This document shows, piece after piece, positions 18,477 through 30,600 of a stretch of 64,000 nucleotides of DNA. Origin of the DNA: Balanoglossus misakiensis. Its lineage: Eukaryota > Animalia > Hemichordata. Position 1 is the first letter of the stretch. Each line of letters begins with the position of its first letter. The stretch spans positions 215,740 to 279,739 of the forward strand of contig CM082578.2 of NCBI GenBank assembly GCA_040954595.2, written 5' to 3'. The position numbers and the translations under genes are program-made. The notes beneath the pieces were generated by a model that was not told the DNA's origin, did no database searches, and saw nothing but the letters and a program-made list of their open reading frames with translations.

Positions 18477-21470
18477 GAAGCCGGCCATGATGAGTGTGCC
18501 GAAAATACTACTACTCATGGTGACATCACATCAACTTCACCGAAACCACATGTTGATCCTACTGCGAACTCCAGTAGTCACCCATTTCATGATCTCACTA
18601 CTTCAAAAGGTATACGTATTGGTTTTTGGAACATTCAACATTTAACCAACAAGATTGATGAATTGCGCTTAAAATTGAACAATAACATTAAACCTTTCGA
18701 TGTTCTTATTTTGAGTGAAACATTTCTCAGTGACCTTCATTGTGATGCAGATTTTATCATTAATGGGTACGAATCATGCAGAAAAGACAGGTCAACTGGA
18801 CCTGGTGGTGGCCTTCTCGCTTATGTTAACTCGAATTTCACCTTCAAACGCAGGCATGATCTTGAAAACTGTAATACCGAGGTCATCATAATTGAACTGT
18901 CTATTAATTACGCCCGTCCAATCTTTGTAATTGGTATTTATAGACCACCTAGTTCAACTCTTTCTGTTAACAAAGTTATTGAGAGTATTATCGAATCTGT
19001 TTATTTAGAAAACAAAGAAATGATTGTATTGGGTGATTTTAACTTCAACCTCCTGAGTCCAAATGGGAGGAATAGCTATCTGTATAAGTGTATGGAATCT
19101 ATGAATTTTAGTCAACTCGTCACCACTGTAACTCGCCCCATATCGGGAACCTTGCTTGATCACATTTATGTAAATAGTCCTAGTAACATTTCGAGAACCT
19201 GTATCCCTAAGGTTGGTCTTTCCGACCACTATCCTGTTTGTGTTATACGACGTTACCATGCCAACAATTGTAATACGGGCTCACATATTTATGTTACCAG
19301 TAGGCATTTTCGAAACTTTCATGCAAACAGCTTTATCGATGACTTAAACTCTGCTTTTGAGTCTTATTGTCATACAGACGATGTAAATACTGCGTTTATG
19401 GACTGGGCAACTTTTTTTAATGACATCTGCAATACGCATGCACCAAGAGTTGTTCGAAGGGTGAAGCGGCTACGACAACCACCATGGTTTTCTTCGGAGA
19501 TTTTGGAGCTAATTCATCTCGATAAAGCCGTGCGTTCCAACTCGCATGATGACTGGAGTATGTATAGAACACTAAGAAATAAGGTAGTTCACTTTATAAC
19601 CACCGAGAAGCGTCGCTACTATAGAAGTATTTTTTCTGCAAATTCCAGTAATCCAACTGTTGTATGGCGTACTGTACATGACATTCTTTCAAATGATAAC
19701 GCCTGTTCGCAAAGTCCTCGCATCACTTCCAATAACAGAACACTGTCGAATCACAAAGACATTGCAGATGCCTTCAATGATTATTTCACCAGTATTGTTG
19801 TTGAGTACCGCCAAAGTCTTCCTGGCCACTCAGATTTGGCAATCACGAAAACGTGGGTTAATTCACAAATGAGCCCAAATTTACCTTCTTTTCAGCTGCC
19901 CCAAATCCCATTTAATTTTGTGATGGAGCAACTAGCATCGTTAGATGCTACCAAATCTCATGGTTTTGACAATGTCTCCCCCAAACTTCTTAAAATCGGG
20001 GCAAATAGTATAGCGGGTCGCATTACTAATATGTTCAATTTGTCAATAACGAATGGTACTTTCCCTGATTGCTTTAAATGTGCCAGAGTTGTACCCATAC
20101 ATAAGAACGGGCCGAAACATGTTATTAGTAATTACAGGCCCATATCAATCTTGCCTGCTTTATCAAAGATACTTGAGAGACACGTTTATAACAGTCTGTA
20201 CACTTATCTACAGAATAATAAGTTAATTATGAGTTCGCAGTCGGGTTTCAGACGCTTTCATTCATGTAATACCGCATTGCTGAAGCTTACAGATCAACTT
20301 TTAAGAAATATTGATAATGGTCTGTACAATGGCCTAATGTATCTTGACTTATGTAAGGCCTTTGACTTGGTCGATCATGATATTCTTTTAAGGAAATTGT
20401 CCATTTACGGTGTTAATGATGTATCTTTAAAATGGTTTCGTTCATATCTCTCGAATAGATGTCAATTTGTCAGTTACATGGGTGAGGAATCAAAGACTTT
20501 ACCTGTTGTTTGTGGTGTTCCACAAGGTTCCATTTTAGGACCTCTTTTGTTTTTAATTTTCATTAATGATTTACCTTTGAGTCTCAGCATGGGCAACATT
20601 GATATGTTTGCTGATGATCAAACACTTTGTGTCTCTGGCATCTCTATTAATGAGGTTGGTACAAAACTTCAAGAGGACGTTTTACCAATTTCCACATGGG
20701 TTTCAAATAATGCCATGTCAATTAACACCACCAAGACAAAATGGATGATTGTTGCCTCTCGCCCAAAGGTTAATAATGTGTCCGAGCACAGTGTCACTCC
20801 CAATATTAGGATCAATAATACTTGCATTTCTTGTGTTTCTTCTCACACACTTCTTGGAATAGAGATTGACAATGCTTTAACATGGGATACTCATATAGAT
20901 AACTTAAGTAGAAAATTGTCAATGCGGATTGGGGTACTGAGGAAATTGCGACCTTTGACCCCAAGGCATACTCTTATGTTGGTTTATAATGCTATTTTCC
21001 TTTCTATAATTGATTACTGTTGCACTGTTTGGGGCAACACATCAAAAACCAATCTACAGAGAATTTATAAACTTCAGAAAAGAGCCGGCAGAGTAATTTT
21101 AGGAGTAGACATTACATTTCCTTCTCGTTCTCTTCTGACAACTCTTCATTGGTTGCCCATTGATATTAGAATTGAGTATTTCATTGCTGTTCAAACTTTC
21201 AAGATACTACATGGCCTGGCGCCTGATTATTTAAATGAATTTTCCTATGTTTCTGAGATGTACAATTTTACCACTAGATCTGTCAGCAACGCTAATTTGT
21301 ATGTGCCCACTTTTAAAACAGCAACTGGGCAAAGGTCTTTTATGTATCGAGCAACAAATTTCAATATTCCCCTGTCTATAAGAAGCATATACAGTCTGTC
21401 ACAGTTCAAGTCACAACTACGTAACTTTTTTCGCACTAAATTTATAAATGAAGGTTCATCACTTGATTAG
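18477..21470 (+). CDS. LINE ORF2p: APE endonuclease and reverse transcriptase (frame open from the ORF1 stop)
   Basis: IGFWNIQHL (~18618), LSETFL, GIYRPP, GDFN, LDHIY, SDHYPV (APE); NYRPIS, QSGFR, DLCKAFD, GVPQGSILGP, FADD (RT). Confidence 0.92.
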   Translation, partial: EAGHDECAENTTTHGDITSTSPKPHVDPTANSSSHPFHDLTTSKGIRIGFWNIQHLTNKIDELRLKLNNNIKPFDVLILSETFLSDLHCDADFIINGYESCRKDRSTGPGGGLLAYVNSNFTFKRRHDLENCNTEVIIIELSINYARPIFVIGIYRPPSSTLSVNKVIESIIESVYLENKEMIVLGDFNFNLLSPNGRNSYLYKCMESMNFSQLVTTVTRPISGTLLDHIYVNSPSNISRTCIPKVGLSDHYPVCVIRRYHANNCNTGSHIYVTSRHFRNFHANSFIDDLNSAFESYCHTDDVNTAFMDWATFFNDICNTHAPRVVRRVKRLRQPPWFSSEILELIHLDKAVRSNSHDDWSMYRTLRNKVVHFITTEKRRYYRSIFSANSSNPTVVWRTVHDILSNDNACSQSPRITSNNRTLSNHKDIADAFNDYFTSIVVEYRQSLPGHSDLAITKTWVNSQMSPNLPSFQLPQIPFNFVMEQLASLDATKSHGFDNVSPKLLKIGANSIAGRITNMFNLSITNGTFPDCFKCARVVPIHKNGPKHVISNYRPISILPALSKILERHVYNSLYTYLQNNKLIMSSQSGFRRFHSCNTALLKLTDQLLRNIDNGLYNGLMYLDLCKAFDLVDHDILLRKLSIYGVNDVSLKWFRSYLSNRCQFVSYMGEESKTLPVVCGVPQGSILGPLLFLIFINDLPLSLSMGNIDMFADDQTLCVSGISINEVGTKLQEDVLPISTWVSNNAMSINTTKTKWMIVASRPKVNNVSEHSVTPNIRINNTCISCVSSHTLLGIEIDNALTWDTHIDNLSRKLSMRIGVLRKLRPLTPRHTLMLVYNAIFLSIIDYCCTVWGNTSKTNLQRIYKLQKRAGRVILGVDITFPSRSLLTTLHWLPIDIRIEYFIAVQTFKILHGLAPDYLNEFSYVSEMYNFTTRSVSNANLYVPTFKTATGQRSFMYRATNFNIPLSIRSIYSLSQFKSQLRNFFRTKFINEGSSLD

Positions 21471-21558
21471 ATTTCATGAATGTTTCCGCCATTGCGACTT
21501 GATTTGATTTTTTCAGTGTTTTTTTTTTCCTTGTTGTATTCATTCTCATTTTGCCTTT

Positions 21559-21643
21559 GAGGGCTCTGTTGTATATTACAATTCTACTTTGTAACACAGA
21601 CTACCCTCTTTAAATAAAGCAAAATAATAATAATAATAATAAT
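21559..21643 (+). other. LINE 3' terminal stem-loop candidate, AATAAA and (TAA)n tail
   Basis: gaggg (21559) pairs with ccctc (21604-21608) around ttgta-tat-tacaa; AATAAA at 21613; TAA repeats to 21643. Confidence 0.6.
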
Positions 21644-23232
21644 AAACACCGACGTTAGTTGGGGGCACGGCCTGCAGTACTGCCGGGTAAGCTGACATCG
21701 GCGTACCGCATATAATGTAGGGGGGGACAGAACGGTTCAATACTACATTTATTAGATATCAGCTAATTTTGGACAATCATCTAAAATCTAAATCATTTTT
21801 TCATATTTGGTTATCTGATGATGTATGAAATTTCCATTATATGTAAAAATGGTGCTGATTATAAAAAATGCACTCTGAATGAGCTGATTTAATACAAAAT
21901 TGCGTTTTATTCGTTTTTGCACCAAAAAGGTCATTTTTAGGCAAAACATTCTTTATTTTTTTAATTCGGTGACCTGATCATATATAAACAATTGCTTGTA
22001 TGTTAAAAGTTTTTATGACTTTTAAAAGCAGTGACACTGGCGGCATTCAACACGAAAATAACAATTTTAGCCACAATTTGGTCAAAATGGTAAATTTTTG
22101 AAAATTACAAAAATACCTGTTTTCTACATTTTTGGAAATCTGATGGAGTATAGAATGCTCTTCGTATATATATATCGATACAAATTCCACAAAAAACGGC
22201 TAATTTGGCTCACTGCAGACAAAATTGCGTTTTACCAAATTTTCCTTGAAAATGTCATTTTTAGAAAAAAAAATAAAAAAACCTTTGTTTTTCGAATTTG
22301 GTGCCCTGATCATATATGACATGTTGATTATATGTTAAAACTTTCGACCACTCCAAAAATGCAGAGATATTGACGGAATTCAAGAAAAAATAGCCATTTT
22401 GGCCATATTTTGACAAAAATGGTAAATTTTTAAAAAATCATAAAAAATTAACTCTTTTCTTCATTTTCGGAAATATTATGGATAATGAAGTGTCGTTCTC
22501 TTGTAAAAAGTGCTGCAAATTCCAGAAAACGCGGTATAAATTGAATCACCCAAGACAAAATTACCATTTTCGACTTTTTTTCGAAAAATTGTCTTTTTTA
22601 CAAAATAAATAAGAATAAATTCCTTTCTTAGTTTCAAACGGGTAGAGATACTTTCCACACGGGTTTTCTTACATTGAATTCCCGTTCATCAACTCAGATT
22701 TCCTACAGCATAAGTCGGCTAAAACCCCGGCACTCTAGAGCAGAAACACGCGTACAGAGATCACGTTGATCAAGTCTGATCTCCTACGGCTTGGCTCGAC
22801 TAAAACCCCGGCACACTATGACAGACACTAGCGTTCGTTAGCAACGTTGATCAAGTCAGATTTCCTACGGCATGGCTTGGCTAAAGCCCTGGCACTGTAG
22901 AGCAGAAACACGCGTACAGAGACCACGTTGATCTACTCACATTTCCTTCGGCCTGGCACGGCTGATGCCCCGGCACTATATATAGGACACAGACTGGCGT
23001 AAGTTAACAACGGTAATCACGTCGGGTTTCCTACGGCCTGGCTCAGCTGAAGCCCCGGCACTCTAGAGCAGAAACAGGCGTACATTGACCACGTTGATCA
23101 AGTCAGATTTCCTACGGCGTGACTCGGCTGGTGCACCGGCTCTATATGACACAGACTGGCGTAAGTTATCAACGGTGATTACGTCGGATTTCCTACGGCC
23201 TGGTTTAGCTGAAGCCCCGGCACTTTAGAGCG
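21644..23232 (-). repeat. 2-kb macrosatellite, inverted block
   Basis: Resumes the unit split by the LINE; two 81-bp monomers are missing near 22730. Confidence 0.95.
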
Positions 23233-24159
23233 AGACGTTCTTTGCCGAGTAGGATGCTGTCAGACAACGCATCGACTTATTTATCGGCTGCCAATGAAAT
23301 CAAAACACTGTTTGATACGCCAGAAGTAAATGACTTTCTCTCCGCACATCGTGTACAATGGACGTTTATACCGAAGCGCGCGACCTGGTTTGGTGGCTTC
23401 TGGGAGAGGCTGATTGCTTTGACAAAGAACGCTATTAGGAAAACTCTCGGTCGAGCTAACCTAACCTTTGATGAACTCGCAACAGTTGTGACTGAAATTG
23501 AAGCCGTTTTAAACGACAGGCCGTTAACGTACGTGTCATCCAGTATAAACGACAACATTGGATTGACCCCAAATCACTTGCTACATGGCAGGACACTGAC
23601 ATCATTGCCGTACATCGAGATCACCGACGAAGAGGTGATTGACCCATCTTACTGTGATAATCGTGAAATCAACAAAAGATATGAACATCTATCAAGATTA
23701 CACGATCAATTTTGGCGAAGATGGTCGTCCGATTATCTGACTGCCCTACGTGAACGACATCCCACCAAAGGAACTCGTGATAATGTCATCAAGGTCGGAG
23801 ATGTCGTGATAATACACAGTGACACTGACAAACGTCCGAAATGGCATTTAGGAACTGTAACAAGGTTGATCTTCGGTAATGATAAACTGGTACGATCTGC
23901 GGAGTTGAACACCGCAGGTGGTCCTACAAACCGACCTATCCATAAATTGTACCCATTGGAAGTTGTCTCCAAGGAGCTGTCAACTGTGTCTGGAGATAAT
24001 ACAGGTATTGGAGCAGATTCCAACACGAATACTGAAACAGTCGACACAGCTGGAGCCTCTGAAGATTCCTCGGTGAAGGCGGATGTTGTACCCCCGAGAC
24101 GACCTGTCAGAGACTCTGCAGTTGCCGCTCGAGTACGAATAGCGGATCTCTCTATTTGA
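23233..24159 (+). pseudogene. pol: 5'-truncated BEL/Pao integrase
   Basis: RRSLPSRMLSDNA, WFGGFWERLI, EIEAVLNDRPLTY, LTPNHLL, FWRRWSSDYL, VGDVV, WHLG, RPIHKLYPLE. Confidence 0.9.
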
Positions 24160-24332
24160 CTTTGAAATTGGAAAACAATTTCGATCGCATTGTGACTGTT
24201 ATCATGTTTACTGACACAATGAACATTAGTTTATTATCCTTGAACACTTTAGGTGACTTTAATCATATTTCATGTTATTTGATGTTTTTTTTTTCTGACG
24301 ATTTTCGAGACTTTCCTTTGCGCGGGGGAGAA

Positions 24333-24668
24333 TATGGAGAAGTGAGAGATTTACTCCAGAAGGATCACGTGACGGAAACTCTTACCCTATCAGAGTTGAC
24401 TTTGTTTCCCGCCAAACTTTATACTTGTAGCAGATTTATTGTAATTTTTGAGTGTTTGCTCTGGCGTTCGTGGGACTTATATATAACCCAGTTTTGGCGC
24501 TTTCGGGCAGCATTTTCTAAGGAGCTCTGTGGTGTTACTTTGTTGTTGGATTCAGATGGTAATAAACCAGTGTTTTACCTAGCACTGAATCGTTCGCTTC
24601 TTTTCCGACGTCAGTATACTCGAACCCCCTCCCGGGAGTATTGATCACTGCCACGATACTTCCCCACA
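24333..24668 (+). repeat. BEL/Pao 3' LTR (~336 bp)
   Basis: Follows the PPT gcgggggagaa; imperfect inverted termini tatggagaag / cttccccaca; TATA-like ttatatataa at ~24477; AATAAA at 24561. Confidence 0.75.
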
Positions 24669-27600
24669 ATTTGGTCAAAATTGTAAATTTTTGAAAATTA
24701 CAAAAAATACCTGTTTTCTACATTTTCGGAAATCTGATGGAGTATAGAATGCTCTTCGTATGTATATATCGATACAAATTCCACAAAAGACCGTCTAATT
24801 TGGCTCACTGCAGACAAAATTGCGTTTTACCAAATTTTCCTTGAAAATGTCATTTTTAGAAAAAATAAATAAAAAAACCTTTGTTCTTCGAATTTGGTGC
24901 CCTGATCATATATGACATGTTGATTGTATGTTAAAACTTTCGACCACTCCAAAAATGCAGATATATTGACGGAATTCAAGAAAAAATAGCCATTTTGACC
25001 ATATTTTGACAAAAATGGTAAATTTTTAAAAAATCATAAAAAATTAACTCTTTTCTTCATTTTCGGAAATATTATGGAGCATGAAGTGTCGTTCTCTTGC
25101 AAAAAGTGCTGCAAATTCCAGAAAAGGCGGTATAATTTGAATCACCCAAGACAAAATTACCATTTTCAAATTTTTTTCGAAAAATTGTCTTTTTTACAAA
25201 ATAAATAAGAATAAATTCTTTTCTTAGTTTCAAACGGGTAGAGATACTTTCCACACGGGTTTTCTAACATTGAATTCCCGTTCATCAACTCAGATTTCCT
25301 ACAGCATAAGTCGGCTAAAACCCTGACACTCTAGAGCAGAAACAGTTGCACACTGGTAACGTTGAACAAGTCGATTTTTCTACGGCCTGGCTCCGCTAAA
25401 TGTCCGTCACAATATGACAGACACTAGCGTACGTTAGCAACGGTGATCAAGTCAGATTTTCTACGGCATGGCTTGGATAAAGCCCCGGCACTCTAGAGCA
25501 GAAAAACGCGTACAGAGACCACGTTGATCAAGTCTGATCTCCTACGGCTTGGCTCGACTGAAACCCCGGCACACTATGACAGACACTAGCGTTCGTTAGC
25601 AACGTTGATTAAGTCAGATTTCCTATGGCATGGCTTGGCCCTGGCACTCTAGAGCAGAAACACGCGTACAGAGACCACGTTGATCTACTCACATTTCCTT
25701 CGGCCTGGCACGGCTGATGCCCCGGCACTATATATAGGACACAGACTGGCGTAAGTTAACAACGGTAATCACGTCGGGTTTCCTACGGCCTGGCTCAGCT
25801 GAAGCCCCGGCACTCTAGAGCAGAATCATGCGTACATTGACCACGTTGATCAAGTCAGATTTCCTATGGCGTGACTCGGCTGGTGCACCGGCTCTATATG
25901 ACACAGACTGGCGTAAGTTATCAATGGTGATTACGTCGGATTTCCTACGGCCTGGTTTAGCTGAAGCCCCGGCACTTTAGAGCGGAAACACGCGTACATT
26001 GACCACGATGATCAAGTCAGATCTCCTACGGCCTGGCTCGACTAAAACCCCGGCACACCATGACAGACACTAGCGTTCGTTAGCAACGGTGATCAAGTCG
26101 GATTTCCTTCGGCCTGGCTCTGCAAAAGACCCGACACTCTAATACAAAGACGTTGGCTAAGTCGGGCAAACCGAAGAGGGAAAGTCACAGCGGGTCAACA
26201 CTCGACATTTGTTCGGGTAGGACTGCATTATTGCCTGTCAATTTATAGAGAAAGCCCGAATTTAACCAGGGCGCTTCAAACACCGACGTTAGTTGGGGGC
26301 ACGGCCTGCAGTACTGCCGGGTAAGTTCACATCGACGTACCGCATATAATGTAGGGGGGGGGGGGGGGAACAGAACGGTTCAATACTACATTTATTAGAT
26401 ATCAGCTAATTTTGGACAATCATCTAAAATCTAAATCATTTTTTCATATTTGGATATCTGATGATGTATGAAATTTCCATTATTTGTAAACATGGTGCTG
26501 ATTATAAAAAATGCACTCTGAATGAGCTGATTTAATACAAAATTGCGTTTTATTCGTTTTTGCACCAAAAAGGTCATTTTTAGGCAAAACATTCTTTATT
26601 TTATTAATTCGGTGACCTGATCATATATAAACAATTGCTTGTATGTTAAAAGTTTTTATGACTTTTAAAAGCAATGACACTGGCGGCATTCAACACGAAA
26701 ATAAAAATTTTAGCCACAATTTGGTCAAAATGGTAAATTTTTGAAAATTACAAAAAATACCTGTTTTCTACATTTTCGGAAATCTGATGGAGTATAGAAT
26801 GCTCTTCGTATGTATATATCGATACAAATTCCACAAAAGACCGTCTAATTTGGCTCACTGCAGACAAAATTGCGTTTTACCAAATTTTCCTTGAAAATGT
26901 CATTTTTAGAAAAAAAAAAATAAAAAAACCTTTGTTCTTCGAATTTGGTGCCCTGATCATATATGACATGTTGATTGTATGTTAAGACTTTCGACCACTC
27001 CAAAAATGCAGAGATATTGACGGAATTCAAGACAAAATAGCCATTTTGGCCATATTTTGACAAAATGGTAAATTTTTAAAAAATCATAAAAAATAACTCT
27101 TTTCTTATTTTTTCGGAAATATTATGGAGCATGAAGTGTCGTTCTCTTGTAAAAAGTGCTGCAAATTCCAGAAAAGGCGGTATAATTTAAATCACCCAAG
27201 ACAAAATTACCATTTTCGACTTGTTTTCGAAAAATTGTCTTTTTTACAAAATAAATAAGAATAAATTCTTTTCTTAGTTTCAAACGGGTAGAGATACTTT
27301 CCACACGGGTTTTCTGACATTGAATTCCCGTTCATCAACTCAGATTTCCTACAGCATAAGTCGGCTAAAACCCTGACACTCTAGAGCAGAAACAGTTGCA
27401 CACTGGTAACGTTGAACAAGTCGATTTTTCTACTGCCTGGCTCGGCTAAATCTCCGTCACAATATGACAGACACTAGCGTACGTTAGCAACGGTGATAAA
27501 GTCAGATTTTCTACGGCATGGCTTGGATAAAGCCCCGGCACTCTAGAGCAGAAACACGCGTACAGAGAGCACGTTGATCAAGTCTGATCTCCTACGGCTT

Positions 27601-30600
27601 GGCTCGACTAAAACCCCGGCACACTATGACAGACACTAGCGTTAGTAAGCAACGTTGATCATGTCAGATTTCCTACGGCATGGCTTGGCTAAAGCCCTGG
27701 CACTATAGAGCAGAAACACGCGTACAGAGACCACGTTGATCTACTCACATTTCCTTCGGCCTGGCACGGCTGATGCCCCGGCACTATATATAGGACACAG
27801 ACTGGCGTAAGTTAACAACGGTAATCACGTCGGGTTTCCTACGGCCTGGCTCAGCTGAAGCCCCGGCACTCTAGAGCAGAAACAGGCGTACATTGACCAC
27901 GTTGATCAAGTCAGATTTCCTACGGCGTGACTCGGCAGGTGCACCGGCTCTATATGACACAGACTAGCGTAAGTTATCAACGGTGATTACGTCGGATTTC
28001 CTACGGCCTGGTTTAGCTGAAGCCCCGGCACTTTAGAGCGGAAACACGCGTACATTGACCACGATGATCAATTCAGATCTCCTACGGCCTGGCTCGACTA
28101 AAACCCCGGCACACCATGACAGACACTAGCGTTCGTTAGCAACGGTGATCAAGTCTGATTTCCTTCGGCCTGGCTCTGCAAAAGACCCGACACTCTAGTA
28201 CAAAGACGTTGGCGAAGTCGGGCAAACCGAAGAGGGAAAGTCACAGCGGGTCAACACTCGACATTTGTTCGGGTAGGACTGCATTATTGCCTGTCAATTT
28301 ATAGAGAAAGCTCGAATTTAACCAGGGCGTTTCAAACACCGACGTTAGTTGGGGGCACGGCCTGCAGTACTGCCGGGTAAGCTGACATCGGCGTACCGCA
28401 TGTAATGTAGGGGGGGGGAACAGAACGGTTTAATACTACATTTATCAGATATCAGCTAATTTTGGACAATCATCTTAAATCTAATTCATTTTTTCATATT
28501 TGGATATCTGATGATGTATGAAATTTCCATTATATGTAAAAATGGTGCTGATTATAAAAATGCACTCTGAATGAGCTGATTTAATACAAAATTGCGTTTT
28601 ATTCGTTTTTGCACCAAAAAGGTCATTTTTAGGCAAAACATTCTTTATTTTTTTAATTCGGTGACCTGATCATATATAAACAATTGCTTGTATGTTAAAA
28701 GTTTTTATGACTTTTAAAAGCAGTGACACTGGCGGCATTCAACACGAAAATAACAATTTTAGCCACAATTTGGTCAAAATGGTAAATTTTTAAAAATTAC
28801 AAAAAAATACCTGTTTTCTACATTTTCGGAAATCTGATGGAGTATAGAATGCTCTTCGTATGTATATATCGATACAAATTCAAAAAAAAAAGACCGTCTA
28901 ATTTGGCTCACTGCAGGCAAAATTGCGTTTTACCAAATTTTCCTTGAAAATGTCACTTTTAGAAGAAAAAAAAATAAAAAAACCTTTGTTCTTCGAATTT
29001 GGTGCCCTGATCATATATGACATGTTGATTGTATGTTAAAACTTTCGACCACTCCAAAAATGCAGATATATTGACGGAATTCAAGAAAAAATAGCCATTT
29101 TGGCCATATTTTGACAAAAATGGTAAATTTTTAAAAAATCATAAAAAAATTACTCTTTTCTTCATTTTCCGAAATATTATGGAGCATGAAGTGTCGTTCT
29201 CTTGTAAGAAGTGCAGCGAATTCCAGAAAAGGCGGTATAATTTGAATCACCCAAGACAAAATTACCATTTTCGACTTTTTTTCGAAAAATTGTCTTTTTT
29301 ACAAAATAAATAAGAATAAATTCTTTTCTTAGTTTCAAACGGGTAGAGATACTTTCCACAAGGGTTTTCTAACATTGAATTCCCGTTCATCAACTCAGAT
29401 TTCCTACAGCATAAGTCGGCTAAAACCCTGACACTCTAGAGCAGAAACAGTTGCACACTGGTAACGTTGAACAAGTCGATTTTTCTATGGCCTGGCTCGG
29501 CTAAATCTCCGTCACAATATGACAGACACTAGCGTACGTTAGCAACGGTGATCAAGTCAGATTTTCTACGGCATGGCTTAGATAAAGCCCCGGCACTCTA
29601 GAGCAGAAACACGCGTACAGAGACCACGTTGATCAAGTCTGATCTCCTACGGCTTGGCTCGACTAAAACCCCGGCACACTATGACAGACACTAGCGTTCG
29701 TTAGCAACGTTGATCAAGTCAGATTTCCTACGGCATGGCTTGGCTAAAGCCCTGGCACTGTAGAGCAGAAACACGCGTACAGAGACCACGTTGATCTACT
29801 CACATTTCCTTCGGCCTGGCACGGCTGATGCCCCGGCACTATATATAGGACACAGACTGGCGTAAGTTAACAACGGTAATCACGTCGGGTTTCCTACGGC
29901 CTGGCTCAGCTGAAGCCCCGGCACTCTAGAGCAGAAACACGCGTACAGAGACCACGTTGATCAAGTCTGATCTCCTACGGCTTGGCTCGACTAAAACCCC
30001 GGCACACTATGACAGACACTAGCGTTCGTTAGCAACGTTGATCATGTCAGATTTCCTACGGCATGGCTTGGCTAAAGCCCTGGCACTCTAGAGCAGAAAC
30101 ACGCGTACAGAGACCACGTTGATCTACTCACATTTCCTTCGGCCTGGCACGGCTGATGCCCCGGCACTATATATAGGACACAGACTGGCGTAAGTTAACA
30201 ACGGTAATCACGTCGGGTTTCCTACGGTCTGGCTCAGCTGAAGCCCCGGCACTCTAGAGCAGAAACAGGCGTACATTGACCACGTTGATCAAGTCAGATT
30301 TCCTACGGCGTGACTCGGCTGGTGCACCGGCTCTATATGACACAGACAGGCGTAAGTTATCAACGGTGATTACGTCGGATTTCCTACGGCCTGGTTTAGC
30401 TGAAGCCCCGGCACTTTAGAGCGGAAACACGCGTACAAAAACCACGTTGATCTACTCACATTTCCTTCGGCCTGGCACGGCTGATGCCCCGGCACTATAT
30501 ATAGGACACAGACTGGCGTAAGTTAACAACGGTAATCACGTCGGGTTTCCTGCGGCCTGGCTCAGCTGAAGCCCCGGTGCTCTAGAGCAGAAACAGGCGT

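Larger units (their letters stand above)
16287..21643 (+). mobile_element. CR1/L2-group non-LTR retrotransposon, apparently full length, (TAA)n tail, no TSD
   Basis: Splits satellite cagggcgtttc|aaacaccgacg cleanly. 5'UTR, ORF1, APE-RT ORF2, and a short 3'UTR ending AATAAA then (TAA)~7. Confidence 0.93.
23233..24668 (+). mobile_element. Second BEL/Pao family fragment: 3' half of integrase, 3'UTR, PPT and 3' LTR
   Basis: Starts abruptly mid-integrase and ends cttccccaca at the satellite; sequence differs from the palindromic BEL. Confidence 0.9.

Noticed and set aside
24156-24644. 162-aa ORF after the BEL-2 integrase as an env-like gene
   Set aside because: TTG start, runs through the PPT and LTR, no recognisable motifs.
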